A stretch of 64,000 bases of DNA from an uncultured delta proteobacterium (GCA_963704165.1 CAVPHD010000004.1:1-64000), one strand, 5' to 3'. Counted from the first letter of the stretch, positions 40,937 through 51,671 are shown. Notes: a model not told the origin generated them from the sequence alone. Translations and numbers: made by a program.

Positions 40937-41723
40937 ATGGGCGAGCTGCTCTACGAGAAAGACGGTCCGATCGCGACGATCACCCTGAACCGCCCCGAGC
41001 GCATGAACACGATCTCGGGCCCGATGCTCGCCGAGCTTTCCGAGCGGCTTCTCGAGGCGAACGCCGACCGCGAAGTGCGCGCGATCATTCTCACCGGATC
41101 GGGCCGCGCGTTCTGCGCGGGGCTCGATCTACAGGACGCTTCGAGCGGCACCGGAATTGGCGGCGGCGGATCGATGGGCGTGACGCTCGACCTCCGGGAC
41201 GCGCCACCCACGGTTCTGCACAAGCTCGACACGCCGGTGATCTGCGCGCTGAACGGCGGCGCGGCCGGTTACGGCATGGATCTCGCGCTCGGCTGCGACA
41301 TCCGCATCGCGAGCACGCGCGCGAAGCTCGCCGCCGCGTTCACGCAAGCGCGGCGTGCTGCCCGAATCGGGTGGAACCTGGATCCTGCCTCGGCTCGTCG
41401 GCTGGTCGAAGGCGGCCGAGATCATCTTCACGGGCCGCACGCTCGACGCAGATCAGTGTCTGGCGGAAGGCCTCGTGAGCCAGGTCGTGCCCGAGGAGAG
41501 CCTGATGGATTCCGCGCGCGCGCTCGCGAACGAGATCGCGTCGAACGCGCCGCTCGCGGTGCAGGGCGCCAAGCGCATGATGAGGATCGGCCTCTCGGAA
41601 CAGTTCGACGACCACGTCCACCACGTCTTCCTCCAGCTCCTGCCGCTCTTCCAGTCCCAGGACTTCCGCGAGGGCATGAAGAGCTTCCTCGAGAAGCGCG
41701 AGCCGAAGTTCCACGGGAAGTAG
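40937..41723 (+). CDS. Enoyl-CoA hydratase/isomerase; frameshift near 41345
   Basis: LNRPERMN, AFCAGLDL, GGAAGYG..LAL.CD; PESGG and EGMKSFLEKR in the next frame. Confidence 0.85.
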
Positions 41724-41728
41724 GGTCG

Positions 41729-42664
41729 ATGCCGCTCGATCCGCAGGCGCGGCAGATCCTCGATCTCCTGGCCGCGGTCGGAATGCCGGATCCGTGGACG
41801 ATCGATCCGGCGGTCTTCCGCGCGCAGGTCCGCGAGATGCGCGGGGTCGCGCAGACGGTTTCGATCGGCAGCGTCGAGGACCGCGAAGTCCCCGGGCCCG
41901 CGGGAGCGATCCCCGTTCGCGTCTACGCGCCGCTCGAGTGCGAGTCGGGCCCGCTGCCGGTGCTCGCCTTCTTCCACGGCGGTGGCTTCGTGATCGGCGA
42001 TCTCGATTCGCACGACGGCATCTGCCGCGAGCTCGCGAACGCCGCGCGCTGCGCGGTCGTGTCGGTGGACTACCGCCTCGCGCCGGAGGCGAAGTACCCG
42101 GCGGCGGCCGAGGACTGCTACGCCGCCACCTGCTGGATCGCCGCGAACGCCACCGATCTGGGATTCGACGCGTCGCGCATCGCGGTCGGCGGCGACAGCG
42201 CGGGCGGAAATCTCGCCGCCGTCACGGCGCTTCTCGCACGCGACCGGAGCGGGCCGCGACTCGTGCACCAGCTCCTCGTCTATCCGGTGGCGGACTGCGC
42301 CTTCGACACCGCCTCCTATCGCGAGAACGCCGAGGGATTCTTCCTGACCCGCGAGATGATGCGCTGGTTCTGGCACCACTATCTCGAGAAGCCCGAGCAC
42401 GCGGCCGACCCGTACGCCTCGCCGCTCCGCGCCGCGACGCTCGTCGGTGTCGCTCCCGCGACGGTGATCACGGCCGAGTACGACCCGCTCCGCGACGAGG
42501 GCGAGGCCTACGCCGAACGGCTGCGAGACGCCGGCGTGTCGACCTCACTCACGCGCTACGACGGAGTGATCCACGGCTTCTTCGGCATGGGCGACGCGAT
42601 CGACAAGGCCCGGCTCGCGATCGCGCAGGCCGCCGCCGAGCTGCGGCTGGCGTTCGCGAGATAG
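41729..42664 (+). CDS. HSL-family esterase/lipase
   Basis: HGGG, VDYRLAPE, GDSAGG, DPLRDEG, IHGF. Confidence 0.92.
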   Translation: MPLDPQARQILDLLAAVGMPDPWTIDPAVFRAQVREMRGVAQTVSIGSVEDREVPGPAGAIPVRVYAPLECESGPLPVLAFFHGGGFVIGDLDSHDGICRELANAARCAVVSVDYRLAPEAKYPAAAEDCYAATCWIAANATDLGFDASRIAVGGDSAGGNLAAVTALLARDRSGPRLVHQLLVYPVADCAFDTASYRENAEGFFLTREMMRWFWHHYLEKPEHAADPYASPLRAATLVGVAPATVITAEYDPLRDEGEAYAERLRDAGVSTSLTRYDGVIHGFFGMGDAIDKARLAIAQAAAELRLAFAR

Positions 42665-42680
42665 GCGCGCGCAAGCCGCG

Positions 42681-43259
42681 CTACCGCGGGACGAGCGGCT
42701 GCACCACCTCGCAGAACTCCTCGATCGGCTTCACCTGGATCTCGCCCGGACCCCGGCTGGCGTGACGGACGGTGAAGATCGGCTCGGTCTCGGCCGTTCC
42801 CGCGAAGTTCGCGGCAAGTCGATCGGAGAACGGGATCTCGGGCGTGAAGAGCATCACCGTCACCTGCGCGGGCGAGAGCAGAGCGGTGATGCGCACGTCC
42901 TCGGCGCCGCCGACCCAGTAGCAGTCCATCGTGCGCCCGCGGACGTCGGCCCCGGGATACTTGACGAGCTCGATCGCCTGAATCACGCCGAGTCGGACGA
43001 TGATGTCGACGGGCTGCTGCTTCGGCCACCAGCTCAGGTACGGGTCGAACCAGTGCCGCGCGATGTGATTGCGCTCCTCGGCGTCGAGCGGGAGCATCTC
43101 CGCGGTGACGTCGAGGACGGTCTCCTTCCACGTTCCGTCGGGTTTCTTCGCCTTGAAGCGGTCGAGGAACTTCTCGCGCGTCGCGTTCGCGTTCAGGACG
43201 AGGTCGAGCTTCCGCATGAAGCTCCCCTTCGAGACATTTCCCACCATCGGTCCGGGCAT
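42681..43259 (-). CDS. Hypothetical protein, 192 aa
   Basis: AAGGAG RBS; balanced, non-shadow amino acid composition. Confidence 0.7.
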   Translation of the reverse strand: MPGPMVGNVSKGSFMRKLDLVLNANATREKFLDRFKAKKPDGTWKETVLDVTAEMLPLDAEERNHIARHWFDPYLSWWPKQQPVDIIVRLGVIQAIELVKYPGADVRGRTMDCYWVGGAEDVRITALLSPAQVTVMLFTPEIPFSDRLAANFAGTAETEPIFTVRHASRGPGEIQVKPIEEFCEVVQPLVPR

Positions 43260-43274
43260 CCCTGAGTTCTCCTT

Positions 43275-46200
43275 CTAGACTGCAAGCGATTCGACCAACC
43301 TCTGCGCCTCCTTGGCGAGAGGTCGGAGTGCGAGTTCGCTCGCGATCGAGGCCGCTTCGGCGAGGTCCGCGGCCGCGCGCGGCGCGTCGCGGCCGGCGAG
43401 CAGTCCCGCCCGGCCGACGAGGGAGAGCGCGAGCTCGATCCTCGCGGGCGCGGCGCGCGACGTCGCGATGGCGCGCTCGTACCCGAGCTCGGCCTCGTCG
43501 ACTCGTCCCGTCGCGGCCGCGCAGCCGGCGAGAAGCCTCGGGATCGACTGCACCCAGCCGGCGGTGAAGACGACGCCGTGGTCGTCGGCGAGCCGCAGCA
43601 TCCGCTCGCAGCCCGTCGTGAGCTCCGGCGCGCCGACGCGAAGGGCGGTCTCGACCAGCGCGCAGAGCGGCGCGAGCAGGTGGATGTCGCTTGGCGCCGC
43701 GCAGGCCAGCTTCAGCAGGTTGGCGAGTCTCGGCAGCTCGACCGACGCCGGATCGCGCAGCGCCGCGACGAGCTCCCGATACGAGGCGACGACGAGCTGG
43801 ATCAGGGGCGCGGGCGCGTCGAAGATCGGGCCCTTGGCGGCGAGCATCGCGAGACTCGTCTCGGCCTCTCGCCACGCGCCGCGGTGGGCATCGGCGCACG
43901 CGCGTGCGCCGACGACCAGCGGGCCGCCCCATGGGTAGCGAGAGCGTTGGATGGCGAGCAACGCCGCGCGCGAGGTGGTCTCGACCGCCTCGAAGTTCCC
44001 GCGCGCGACGTGGAGGCACGCCTGCTGCGAGAGGACCAGCGAGAGATCCATCAGGTTCTGGGCTCCGCGCGCGAGTCGCTCCGCTTCTTCGGCGGTCTCG
44101 ATCCCCTCGTCGAGCCGCCCCAGATGGAGCAGCCCGAGAGAGATGCGCGTGGCCGCGAAGCTGGCGAGCCACGAGTCGCGCGCCCGGCGCGCGTGGGCGA
44201 GCTCGCCGCGCCAACCCTCGATCGCGTCGCGGACCTTCATCAGCGAGAAGCGCGCCAGCGCGAGCCCCATCGACGCCTGGCGGCAGACGGCGTCGTCGTC
44301 GATCCGGCGTCCCATTCCGAGCGCGCGCTCCGCGTAGGCCTCCGCGCGCGCGGCGTCCCCGGCCGTCCAGCAGGCCTCCGAGAGCGTCTCGAGGATCAGA
44401 GCGCTGATCGCCGGCTGCTCGTCGGAGAGCTTCATGCCGAGCTCCGTCAGCCCGCCGACATCGACGGGCTCGCCGTACTCCGCCCCGGAGCTCGTGATCT
44501 GCGCCCGGAGCAGCAGCATGAGCACGCGCGCCCGTCCGGAGTCGTCGCCGATCCGCGCGAAGAGCTCGGCTGCGTTCGTGAGGTGACGCCGGCACGACTC
44601 CGCGTCGGTGTCGCGGTTCGCGGCGACTCCGGCGCGGAAGTGCAGCGCTGCGCGCTCGGCGGGGGGCAGCACCTCCGTCGCGCGGGTCGCGGCGTCGTAG
44701 AAGCGCGCGGCATCGCGCCACGCACAGATGGCGAAGGCCTGGTCGGCGGCGCGGCGCGCGTAGTCGAGCAGGCGCTTCTGGTCGATCCCGCTACCGGCGA
44801 GGATCAAGTGATGCGCGATCTCGAGCGCGTGCTCGCCCGTGGCGCTCGCATACAGATCCTCGAGGACGTCCGCGAGATCGCCGTGGATCTCTTCGCGCTC
44901 GGCGGGGAGCATGGAGTCGAGCAGAACCTCGCGCACGAGCGGGTGCGCGAAGCGGAAGCTGCGGCGCTCGCCGGTGAGAACGCCCGCGTCGACGGCTTCG
45001 GAGACCGCCGCCGCGATCGCTTCGGCGCTCATGCGGCAGGCGGCTCCGAGCGCAAGCAGACCGAAGCGATCGCCGATCATCGCTGCGACCGTGAGGACGG
45101 CTCGGGTACGGCTGCGCAGGCTCCCGATCCGGGAGCCAAGCGCACCACGCAGCTCTGTCGGCCGAGGAAGGGAAGATCCGGCCGCTCTGCTGCCGCGTCC
45201 GCGCCTGGCCGCGCGAACTCGCGGTCTACCCTGGCCGCCCTCACGGATACATTCGCGAATGAAGAGCGGATTCCCGCCGGTGGCCGCTGCAATCTGCCTC
45301 GCTCCGCGTGCGGGAAGAGACGCGACACCCAGACACTCCGCGAGTTCGCGGACCTCATCGACGTCGAGGCCGCCGAGATCGAGCCGATCGCAGATCGACT
45401 CGCGCTCCAGTTCCTCGACCGCGCGCGCGATCCGATCATCGTCCGTCGGCGGACGCAGCGTCGCGACCAGAAGCAGCGGCAGTGGTCCCGTGGTTCGGGC
45501 ATCGGACATCGCGCCGACGAGATGGCCGAGCAGGTCGAGCGACGCGGCATCCGCGCAGTGCAGATCCTCGATCACGAGCACGAGTGGGCGGCGCTGCGCG
45601 AGCTGCTCGAAGACGCGGTAGATCGCGGTGAAGAGCTCCGCGCGTCTGCGTTCCCCGCTCGAGGTCTCCGCGTCCAGCACCGATGGGGCCGCGTCGGAGT
45701 CGGGTTGCAGCAGCCGGCGAACGATGCCCAGATCGCCGCCGAGCAGACGATCCAACGTCTCGTCGTTCTGCAGCAGCCACTGACTCAGCGCCTCGACGAA
45801 GGGCAGATACGGCAGAGAGGCCTCGACCTGGCAGCGTCCGGTGATGACTTCGAAGTCGTCACAGGCCGGCTCGCGTTCGAGCTGCTCGATCAGTCGCGTC
45901 TTGCCGATTCCGGCCTCGCCGACGACGAGTGCGACACGCGGCCGGCCACCGGCGACCTCGACGACCCGGTCGATCAACCAATCCAGCTCGCGCGCTCGGC
46001 CGACGAGCGCCGGCAGCTCGGGGAGACTCCGCGCGCCGGACGCATCGCGCCCGTGGACCGACGTCGGAGCGACCTCGCGATTGCGCACCCGGGCGGCGAA
46101 GCGATAGCCGCGGCGCCGCAAGGTCCGGATCACTTGCTGGCGCGCGCCGTCGTCGCCGATCGCACGGCGCAGATCCTTGAGCGCGCTCGAGAGGGCGGTC

Positions 46201-46400
46201 TCGCTGACGAACACGTCCGGCCAGAGCTGCTCCAGCAGCTCCCGCTTGGGCACCGCGCGCGTGCGGTGCTGGGCCAGGTAGATCAGGAGCGCGAGAGGCT
46301 TCGGTGCCACCTCGACGTACTGGCCGGCGCGGCGCAAGACGCCCCGCTCACAGTCGAGCTGGAAGTCCCCGAACGAAATGCTGAGACCGGCCGCCTTCAC
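43275..46400 (-). CDS. Transcriptional regulator: winged HTH + AAA ATPase + TPR-like region
   Basis: FGDFQLD...LW...LRRAIGD...RRGYRF; LVGRAREL, GEAGIGKT, IEDLH, TGGNPLF, F.HPL; start estimated at GTG 46400. Confidence 0.85.
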   Translation of the reverse strand: MKAAGLSISFGDFQLDCERGVLRRAGQYVEVAPKPLALLIYLAQHRTRAVPKRELLEQLWPDVFVSETALSSALKDLRRAIGDDGARQQVIRTLRRRGYRFAARVRNREVAPTSVHGRDASGARSLPELPALVGRARELDWLIDRVVEVAGGRPRVALVVGEAGIGKTRLIEQLEREPACDDFEVITGRCQVEASLPYLPFVEALSQWLLQNDETLDRLLGGDLGIVRRLLQPDSDAAPSVLDAETSSGERRRAELFTAIYRVFEQLAQRRPLVLVIEDLHCADAASLDLLGHLVGAMSDARTTGPLPLLLVATLRPPTDDDRIARAVEELERESICDRLDLGGLDVDEVRELAECLGVASLPARGARQIAAATGGNPLFIRECIREGGQGRPRVRAARRGRGSRAAGSSLPRPTELRGALGSRIGSLRSRTRAVLTVAAMIGDRFGLLALGAACRMSAEAIAAAVSEAVDAGVLTGERRSFRFAHPLVREVLLDSMLPAEREEIHGDLADVLEDLYASATGEHALEIAHHLILAGSGIDQKRLLDYARRAADQAFAICAWRDAARFYDAATRATEVLPPAERAALHFRAGVAANRDTDAESCRRHLTNAAELFARIGDDSGRARVLMLLLRAQITSSGAEYGEPVDVGGLTELGMKLSDEQPAISALILETLSEACWTAGDAARAEAYAERALGMGRRIDDDAVCRQASMGLALARFSLMKVRDAIEGWRGELAHARRARDSWLASFAATRISLGLLHLGRLDEGIETAEEAERLARGAQNLMDLSLVLSQQACLHVARGNFEAVETTSRAALLAIQRSRYPWGGPLVVGARACADAHRGAWREAETSLAMLAAKGPIFDAPAPLIQLVVASYRELVAALRDPASVELPRLANLLKLACAAPSDIHLLAPLCALVETALRVGAPELTTGCERMLRLADDHGVVFTAGWVQSIPRLLAGCAAATGRVDEAELGYERAIATSRAAPARIELALSLVGRAGLLAGRDAPRAAADLAEAASIASELALRPLAKEAQRLVESLAV

Positions 46401-46693
46401 ACCCCCCGCCCCGGCGCGGAAGCCGCCGACCGACGAGTCGGTCCGGGGCACCGCCCGATGGATTTTCGCACGAGAGGGCCGTGTCTGCCGATTGAGAAAT
46501 GCTGGAATCGGACTCCTCACGGGCACGGATGAACACGGTAGCGAGGCTCGGACCACTGAACTTGGGAGCAACTTGGGATCTCGTCTCGCGAGCGAGGATC
46601 GAGTGAATTCCCACGAAGAGCCCAAGTCGCGGCGTCGACGCGCCGCTACGGTCGATCCCCAGTGGGTTTCGTCCACTCGAGCACGGGGGGTCG

Positions 46694-46918
46694 ATGAAGT
46701 CGGAAGTCAGGCAGTACTGCCTTCGCCTTCCCAGTCAGGTCTACGTCGATGTCGTCGATCTGGCGGGGATGTTTGATTTGAGCGCCAACGAGTTCCTGCT
46801 CACGGCGGTCCGCGAGTACGTCGAGATGCAGCTTCGCCAGGAACCGGCTCGCACCGCGATCGCGAAGCTGCGCGAAGCGCGTCAGGTGCACCAAGGTCGA
46901 CGAATGGCGGCGAGCTGA
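46694..46918 (+). CDS. Small ribbon-helix-helix (Arc/CopG-like) protein
   Basis: YCLRLP strand then helix-S.NE-helix pattern; 74 aa. Confidence 0.55.
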   Translation: MKSEVRQYCLRLPSQVYVDVVDLAGMFDLSANEFLLTAVREYVEMQLRQEPARTAIAKLREARQVHQGRRMAAS

Positions 46919-46945
46919 TCGCTCGCAGCCGTCGCGCGGACACGC

Positions 46946-47395
46946 TCAGCCGCCGTAGGCCTTCCGGTAGTCGACGCTGAGCCAGCGCTCGGGGCGCATC
47001 CGCACGACGATGCTGCCGTCGGTCTCGTCGCTCGCGCCGGTGGCCTTGATGTAGGCGTCGCCGCCTTCCGTGCCGAGGTAGCGGCGGGCCAACACTCGTG
47101 TGTGTCGTTCGACCTCGGCCCGCTCGAGCGCGACGATCGGGCCCTCGACCGACACGTACTCGTAGGGCGGCGTTTCCGTCTGCGCGCACAGGCTGAAGCG
47201 GTCGGCCTTCATCAGGAGCTTGCCCTTGCGCGACTCCCGGTCCGTGACGATCCAGAGCTCGCCGCCGGGCTCGTACCCGTACCAGATCGGCACCGTGAGC
47301 GGGCCGCGGTCGCCGTCGGCGATGCTGATCACGCCCACGCGCACCGCGGCCAGGAACTTCTCGCGCTCGGCGCGCGACATCGCGAGTGAAGCCAT
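46946..47395 (-). CDS. Pyridoxamine 5'-phosphate oxidase-like (possibly F420-dependent) protein
   Basis: PLTVPIWY, SRK, PYEYVSVEG, RMRPERWLS.DY. Confidence 0.85.
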   Translation of the reverse strand: MASLAMSRAEREKFLAAVRVGVISIADGDRGPLTVPIWYGYEPGGELWIVTDRESRKGKLLMKADRFSLCAQTETPPYEYVSVEGPIVALERAEVERHTRVLARRYLGTEGGDAYIKATGASDETDGSIVVRMRPERWLSVDYRKAYGG

Positions 47396-47416
47396 CCGAA
47401 TTCTTCCTTGTCGGGA

Positions 47417-48505
47417 TCAGCCGTCGAAAACGACGACGCTGCGGGCGGCGGCGCCCTTGCGCATCTCATCGAAGGCGTGGTTGATCCGGTCGAGCGGGAG
47501 CCGCGCCGAGATCATCTCGTCGAGCTTGAGCTGTCCGGAGAGGTAGAAGTCGACGTAACGCGGCATGTCGGTGCGGAAGCGGTTGTCGCCCATCATCGAC
47601 CCGATCACCTTCTTGCCGCTCAGCACGAGGTCGAGTCCGGGCAGCTCGATCGTCTGGCCGATCGGAACGACGCCGACCATGATCGCGCTGCCGCCCTTCT
47701 TGATCATGCCGAACGCCTGCGCGGCGGTCTGCTTCGAGCCGAGACACTCGAACGAGTAGTCGACGCCGCCCGGAATCAGGCCGTGCAGCTGCATCAGCGC
47801 GTCGCCCTCCTTCGCGTTCAACCCGTCCGTCGCTCCGAGGGATTTCGCGAGCTCGAGCTTCCACTCCATGGTGTCGACGGCGACGATCCGGCTCGCACCG
47901 GCGATCCGGCAGCCCTGGATCGCCGCCAGGCCGACGCCCCCGCAGCCGATCACGACACAGGTACTGCCGGCCGGGATGTGGGCGGTGTTCAGCACGGCAC
48001 CGAGACCCGTCGTCACGCCGCAGCCGATCAGCGCGGCGCGGTCGAGCGGCATGTCCTTGCGGATCTTCACGATCGCGTTCTCGTGCACGAGCATCTGCTC
48101 GGCGAACGACGCGAGGTGCGCGAACTGGTTGATCGCCTCGGCCCCCTTCGAGAGCCGCGAGGGCTCATCGGCCTTTCGCATCGTCGCGGCGCCGCCGCAG
48201 AGATTGGGTTTGCCGGAGAGGCAGAACTCGCAATTCCCGCAGAACACCGAGAGGCAGCCGATCACGTGGTCGCCGGGAACGACGTGCGTCACGTCCGCGC
48301 CGACGGCCTCGACGACGCCCGCCGGCTCATGGCCGAGCACGAGCGGTGGCGGCACGGGCAGTCCCGCCTCGATCACGTGCAGGTCGCTGTGACAGACACC
48401 GGTCGCCACCGTGCGCACGAGCACCTCGCGCGGTCCGGGCTTGCTGACCTCGATATCCTCGAGCTGTAGCGGCGCATTGAATGCGCGCATGACGGCGGCC
48501 TTCAT
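47417..48505 (-). CDS. Zn-dependent alcohol dehydrogenase
   Basis: CHSD, GHEPAG, CGNCEFC...C, GCGVTTG, GCGGVG. Confidence 0.93.
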   Translation of the reverse strand: MKAAVMRAFNAPLQLEDIEVSKPGPREVLVRTVATGVCHSDLHVIEAGLPVPPPLVLGHEPAGVVEAVGADVTHVVPGDHVIGCLSVFCGNCEFCLSGKPNLCGGAATMRKADEPSRLSKGAEAINQFAHLASFAEQMLVHENAIVKIRKDMPLDRAALIGCGVTTGLGAVLNTAHIPAGSTCVVIGCGGVGLAAIQGCRIAGASRIVAVDTMEWKLELAKSLGATDGLNAKEGDALMQLHGLIPGGVDYSFECLGSKQTAAQAFGMIKKGGSAIMVGVVPIGQTIELPGLDLVLSGKKVIGSMMGDNRFRTDMPRYVDFYLSGQLKLDEMISARLPLDRINHAFDEMRKGAAARSVVVFDG

Positions 48506-48566
48506 CGGGGGCTCCTTCGATCGTCGGTGTGACCCTGAGTCTCTCACGTCGTGGTACAAAACCGAA

Positions 48567-49403
48567 ATGCGAGACCTGGCAGGCAAGGTGGCGGTGGTGA
48601 CCGGTGGGGGAAGCGGGATCGGCGCCGCGCTCGCGCGTGCGCTCGCGAGCGAAGGCATGGATCTGGTCGTCGCCGACATCCAGGCGGACGCCGCCGAGAG
48701 GGTCGCGTCGGAGCTTCGCGCGATCGGGCGTCGTGCGCTCGCGCTGGAGGTCGACGTCTCGAGCGGCGAATCGGTCGAGGCCCTGGCTTCGCGTACGTTC
48801 GCCGAGTTCGGCGCCTGTCACGTGCTCTGCAACAACGCGGGCGTGCTGGTGATGGGCGGTCTCGAGTCGCGCACGCGCAAGGACTGGGAGTGGGTGCTCG
48901 GCGTGAATCTTTGGGGCGTCGTCAACGGGGTGCTCGCGTTCGTGCCGAGAATGCTCGCGACGCCCGGCGAGAAGCAGATCGTGAACACGGGTTCGACGTC
49001 GGGAATCATGGCCGCGCCGGGGGTGGGCGTGTACGGGACCGCGAAGTACGGCGTCGTCGGGCTCTCGGAGCATCTGCGTCACGACCTGGCGCGCCACGGA
49101 ATCGGAGTCTCGGTGCTCTGCCCCGGTGGCGTGCAGACGAACATCCTGCGCAGCGAGCGCAATCGTCCGGCGGATCTGGGCAAGTCGAAGGTCTCGCGCG
49201 AGGACGTCGAGCTCATGATCGGCCGCGGCCCCCTGCACCCCGACGAGATGCAGCCACCCGAGGCGATCGCCGCGGCCGTCGTCGAGGGCATTCGCGCGAA
49301 CGACGCCTTCATCGTCACGCATGCGCACTACCGCGCATCGGTCGAGGCGCGCCACGTGGAGCTGATGCGCGCGTTCGACAAGGCCGAAGCGAGGAAGCGC
49401 TAG
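48567..49403 (+). CDS. SDR oxidoreductase
   Basis: TGGGSGIG, NNAG, YGTAK. Confidence 0.9.
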   Translation: MRDLAGKVAVVTGGGSGIGAALARALASEGMDLVVADIQADAAERVASELRAIGRRALALEVDVSSGESVEALASRTFAEFGACHVLCNNAGVLVMGGLESRTRKDWEWVLGVNLWGVVNGVLAFVPRMLATPGEKQIVNTGSTSGIMAAPGVGVYGTAKYGVVGLSEHLRHDLARHGIGVSVLCPGGVQTNILRSERNRPADLGKSKVSREDVELMIGRGPLHPDEMQPPEAIAAAVVEGIRANDAFIVTHAHYRASVEARHVELMRAFDKAEARKR

Positions 49404-49470
49404 TCCGGAGCGACGCGCGCGAGCCCTTCGCGCGCCGCCGCCGGATCGGCCGGCGCGAAGCCCCTCGACG

Positions 49471-50481
49471 TCAATCGGGCGTGGAACCCATCAGCCGGTC
49501 CGCGAGCCAGCGACGCTGCTCCATGGCATCTCCGTACGCGGGCCGCGAGCTCTGCGCGCGCTTCAGATACAGGTGCGCGTCGCAGTCGAGCGTGAAGCCG
49601 AAGCCGCCGTGCAGCTGTACCGCGCGCGAGGCCGCGAAGACGTACACCTCGCAGGCGTGCGCCTTCGCCATCCGCGCGAGCGTCTCGGCGTCCGCAGCGT
49701 CGGAGTCGAGCGCGGTCGCGGCCGCGTACACGAGCGAGCGCAGGCTCTCCACGCCGATCAGCACGTTCACCAGCGGGTGCTTCACCGCCTGAAAGGACCC
49801 GATCGGTTTTCCGAACTGCTCTCGCGTCGCGGCGTAGGCGGAGGTCAGCGCGAGCAGTGCGTCGGCGCCGCCCGCCATCTCGGCCGCGAGCGCGACGCGG
49901 GCGCGGGCCGCCAGGCGATCCGACGGGGGACCGACCTCGAGAGCTACGCCGCGACGGGTCACGCGCGCGCTTCGGCGCGTCCGGTCGAGAACGATCTCGG
50001 GCTCGGTCGCGAATCCGCCCGCGCTCCGCTCGATGACTTCGAGCCCGTCGCGAGAGGGGACGACCAGCGCGTCGGCGTGCTCCGCTCCCCAGACCGATGC
50101 GGACCTCGCGTACACCGCGCGGATCTCGCCCGAGACGATCCCGGGCAGGAACTTCTCGCGCTGCGCCTCGCTGCCGTCGAGCACGAGCGCGAGCGCGGCG
50201 AGCGTCGACGGGAGGAGCGGCGAGGGCAGGAGCCTTCGCCCCGTCTCTTCCATCAACACCGCCAGGTCGGTCGCGCCGAGCTCCGCGCCGCCGAACTTCT
50301 CGGGAACGACGAGCCCGAGCCAGCCGAGTCCGGCGAGCGCCTTCCAATCCGAGAAGTCCTCCCCGGCGTCCGTCTCGGCCAGGCTGCGCACGCGCGCGAT
50401 CGGAAAGCGCTCGTCGAGCCAGCGCCGCGCCTCGGCGCGAAGCAGCGCGTGCTCCTCCGCGTAGCGAAGCTGCGGATTCAT
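49471..50481 (-). CDS. Acyl-CoA dehydrogenase, short beta-type subunit
   Basis: REQFGKPIGSFQAVKH, QLHGGFGFT; 336 aa. Confidence 0.88.
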   Translation of the reverse strand: MNPQLRYAEEHALLRAEARRWLDERFPIARVRSLAETDAGEDFSDWKALAGLGWLGLVVPEKFGGAELGATDLAVLMEETGRRLLPSPLLPSTLAALALVLDGSEAQREKFLPGIVSGEIRAVYARSASVWGAEHADALVVPSRDGLEVIERSAGGFATEPEIVLDRTRRSARVTRRGVALEVGPPSDRLAARARVALAAEMAGGADALLALTSAYAATREQFGKPIGSFQAVKHPLVNVLIGVESLRSLVYAAATALDSDAADAETLARMAKAHACEVYVFAASRAVQLHGGFGFTLDCDAHLYLKRAQSSRPAYGDAMEQRRWLADRLMGSTPD

Positions 50482-51671
50482 CGCGTCTTCGGGAGCCCGA
50501 GCACCCGTTCCCCGAGGATGTTGCGCAGGATCTCGCTGGTGCCGCCCGCGATCGTCCCCGCGAACGAGTTCAGGTACGAGCGCTGCCACGCCGAGCTCTC
50601 GATCGCGCCGGGATCGCCGAGCCAGAGCGCGGCCGCGTCTCCCTCGAGCTCGCAGGCGAAGTCGGAGAGCGCCTGCACGTGCTCCGTCCCGGTGACCTTC
50701 TGCATCAGCGGCAGCGCGTCGGGTCGATCCGAGACGAGCCCGGGAATCCGCGAGCGCTGGGAGTTCGCGCGCAACGCGGTCTCCCGGATCCAGAAATCCG
50801 CGAGCCGGTCGCGCACGATCGGATCGGCGTCGCGCTTCAGCGCGCGCGCGAGCTCGAGCACGCGCGCGACCTGCTCGGAGGCTCCACCGGATCCTCCCGC
50901 GGAGCCCTCGGCCGCACCGCGCTCGAAGAGCAGCGTCGCGGTGGCGATCTCCCAGCCCTGACCCTCGCGGCCGAGGAGCGCGTCCGATGGGATTCGAACC
51001 TGGTCCCAGATCACCTGGTTGAAGCCGCCCTCACCGGTCATCTTGATCAGCGGCTGCACGTCGATGCCGGCGATCTTCATCGGCGCGAGGAAGAACGAGA
51101 TGCCAGCGTGCTTCGCGGCGTCCGGATCGGTCCGCGCGAGCAGAATGCACCAATCGGCGTAGCGCCCGAGGGTGGTCCAGACCTTGTGGCCCTCGATCCG
51201 CCACGAATCCCCCGATCGCGTCGCCTTCGTGCGCAGCGAGGCCAGGTCGCTGCCCGCGCCGGGCTCGCTGAATCCCTGACACCAGATTGCGTCAGCGCGC
51301 AGGAGCGGCGGAATCAGCTGCTTCTTCTGGGCCTCGGTGCCGAAGCGCAGGATCACCGGCCCGGCCCAGGAGAGCCCGACCGTGTTCAGCAGAAACGGCG
51401 CGCCGGCCCGTGCGATCTCCTGGTCGATCACGCGCTGCGCGCCGCGCTCGCGCCCGAAGCCGCCGTACTCGCTCGGCCACTCCGCACCGACGTAGCCGGC
51501 GTCGTAGAGCTTCTGCTGCCAGGCGCGAAGCCAGTGGAACTGCCGGTCCTCGGCGACTTCGAGCACGCCCTGGGGCAGCTTGAAGCCGGGATCACCCGGG
51601 TGATTCGCGGCGATCCAGGCTCGGACCTCCGCGCGCAGCGCGTCCATCGGGTCGGATCGGCCGACGCTCAA
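50478..51671 (-). CDS. Acyl-CoA dehydrogenase, alpha-type subunit
   Basis: WCQGFSEPGAGSDLASL, KVWT, FNQV, TIAGGTSEILRN. Confidence 0.9.
   Translation of the reverse strand: MSVGRSDPMDALRAEVRAWIAANHPGDPGFKLPQGVLEVAEDRQFHWLRAWQQKLYDAGYVGAEWPSEYGGFGRERGAQRVIDQEIARAGAPFLLNTVGLSWAGPVILRFGTEAQKKQLIPPLLRADAIWCQGFSEPGAGSDLASLRTKATRSGDSWRIEGHKVWTTLGRYADWCILLARTDPDAAKHAGISFFLAPMKIAGIDVQPLIKMTGEGGFNQVIWDQVRIPSDALLGREGQGWEIATATLLFERGAAEGSAGGSGGASEQVARVLELARALKRDADPIVRDRLADFWIRETALRANSQRSRIPGLVSDRPDALPLMQKVTGTEHVQALSDFACELEGDAAALWLGDPGAIESSAWQRSYLNSFAGTIAGGTSEILRNILGERVLGLPKTR

Noticed and set aside
40937..42664. Apparent enoyl-CoA hydratase-esterase fusion (575 aa ORF)
   Set aside because: A frameshift near 41345 creates it; the hydratase C-terminus is in another frame ending at 41723 and the esterase has its own ATG at 41729
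43578..46532. Long antisense or alternative-frame ORFs (e.g. 984 aa here, 42556-44721, 6241-8157, 35046-37310)
   Set aside because: Shadow ORFs from high GC3; Arg/Ala/Pro-rich with no motifs and overlapping well-supported genes
49410..49465. GC hairpins between convergent genes as intrinsic terminators
   Set aside because: No U-tract, and such stems arise by chance at this GC content
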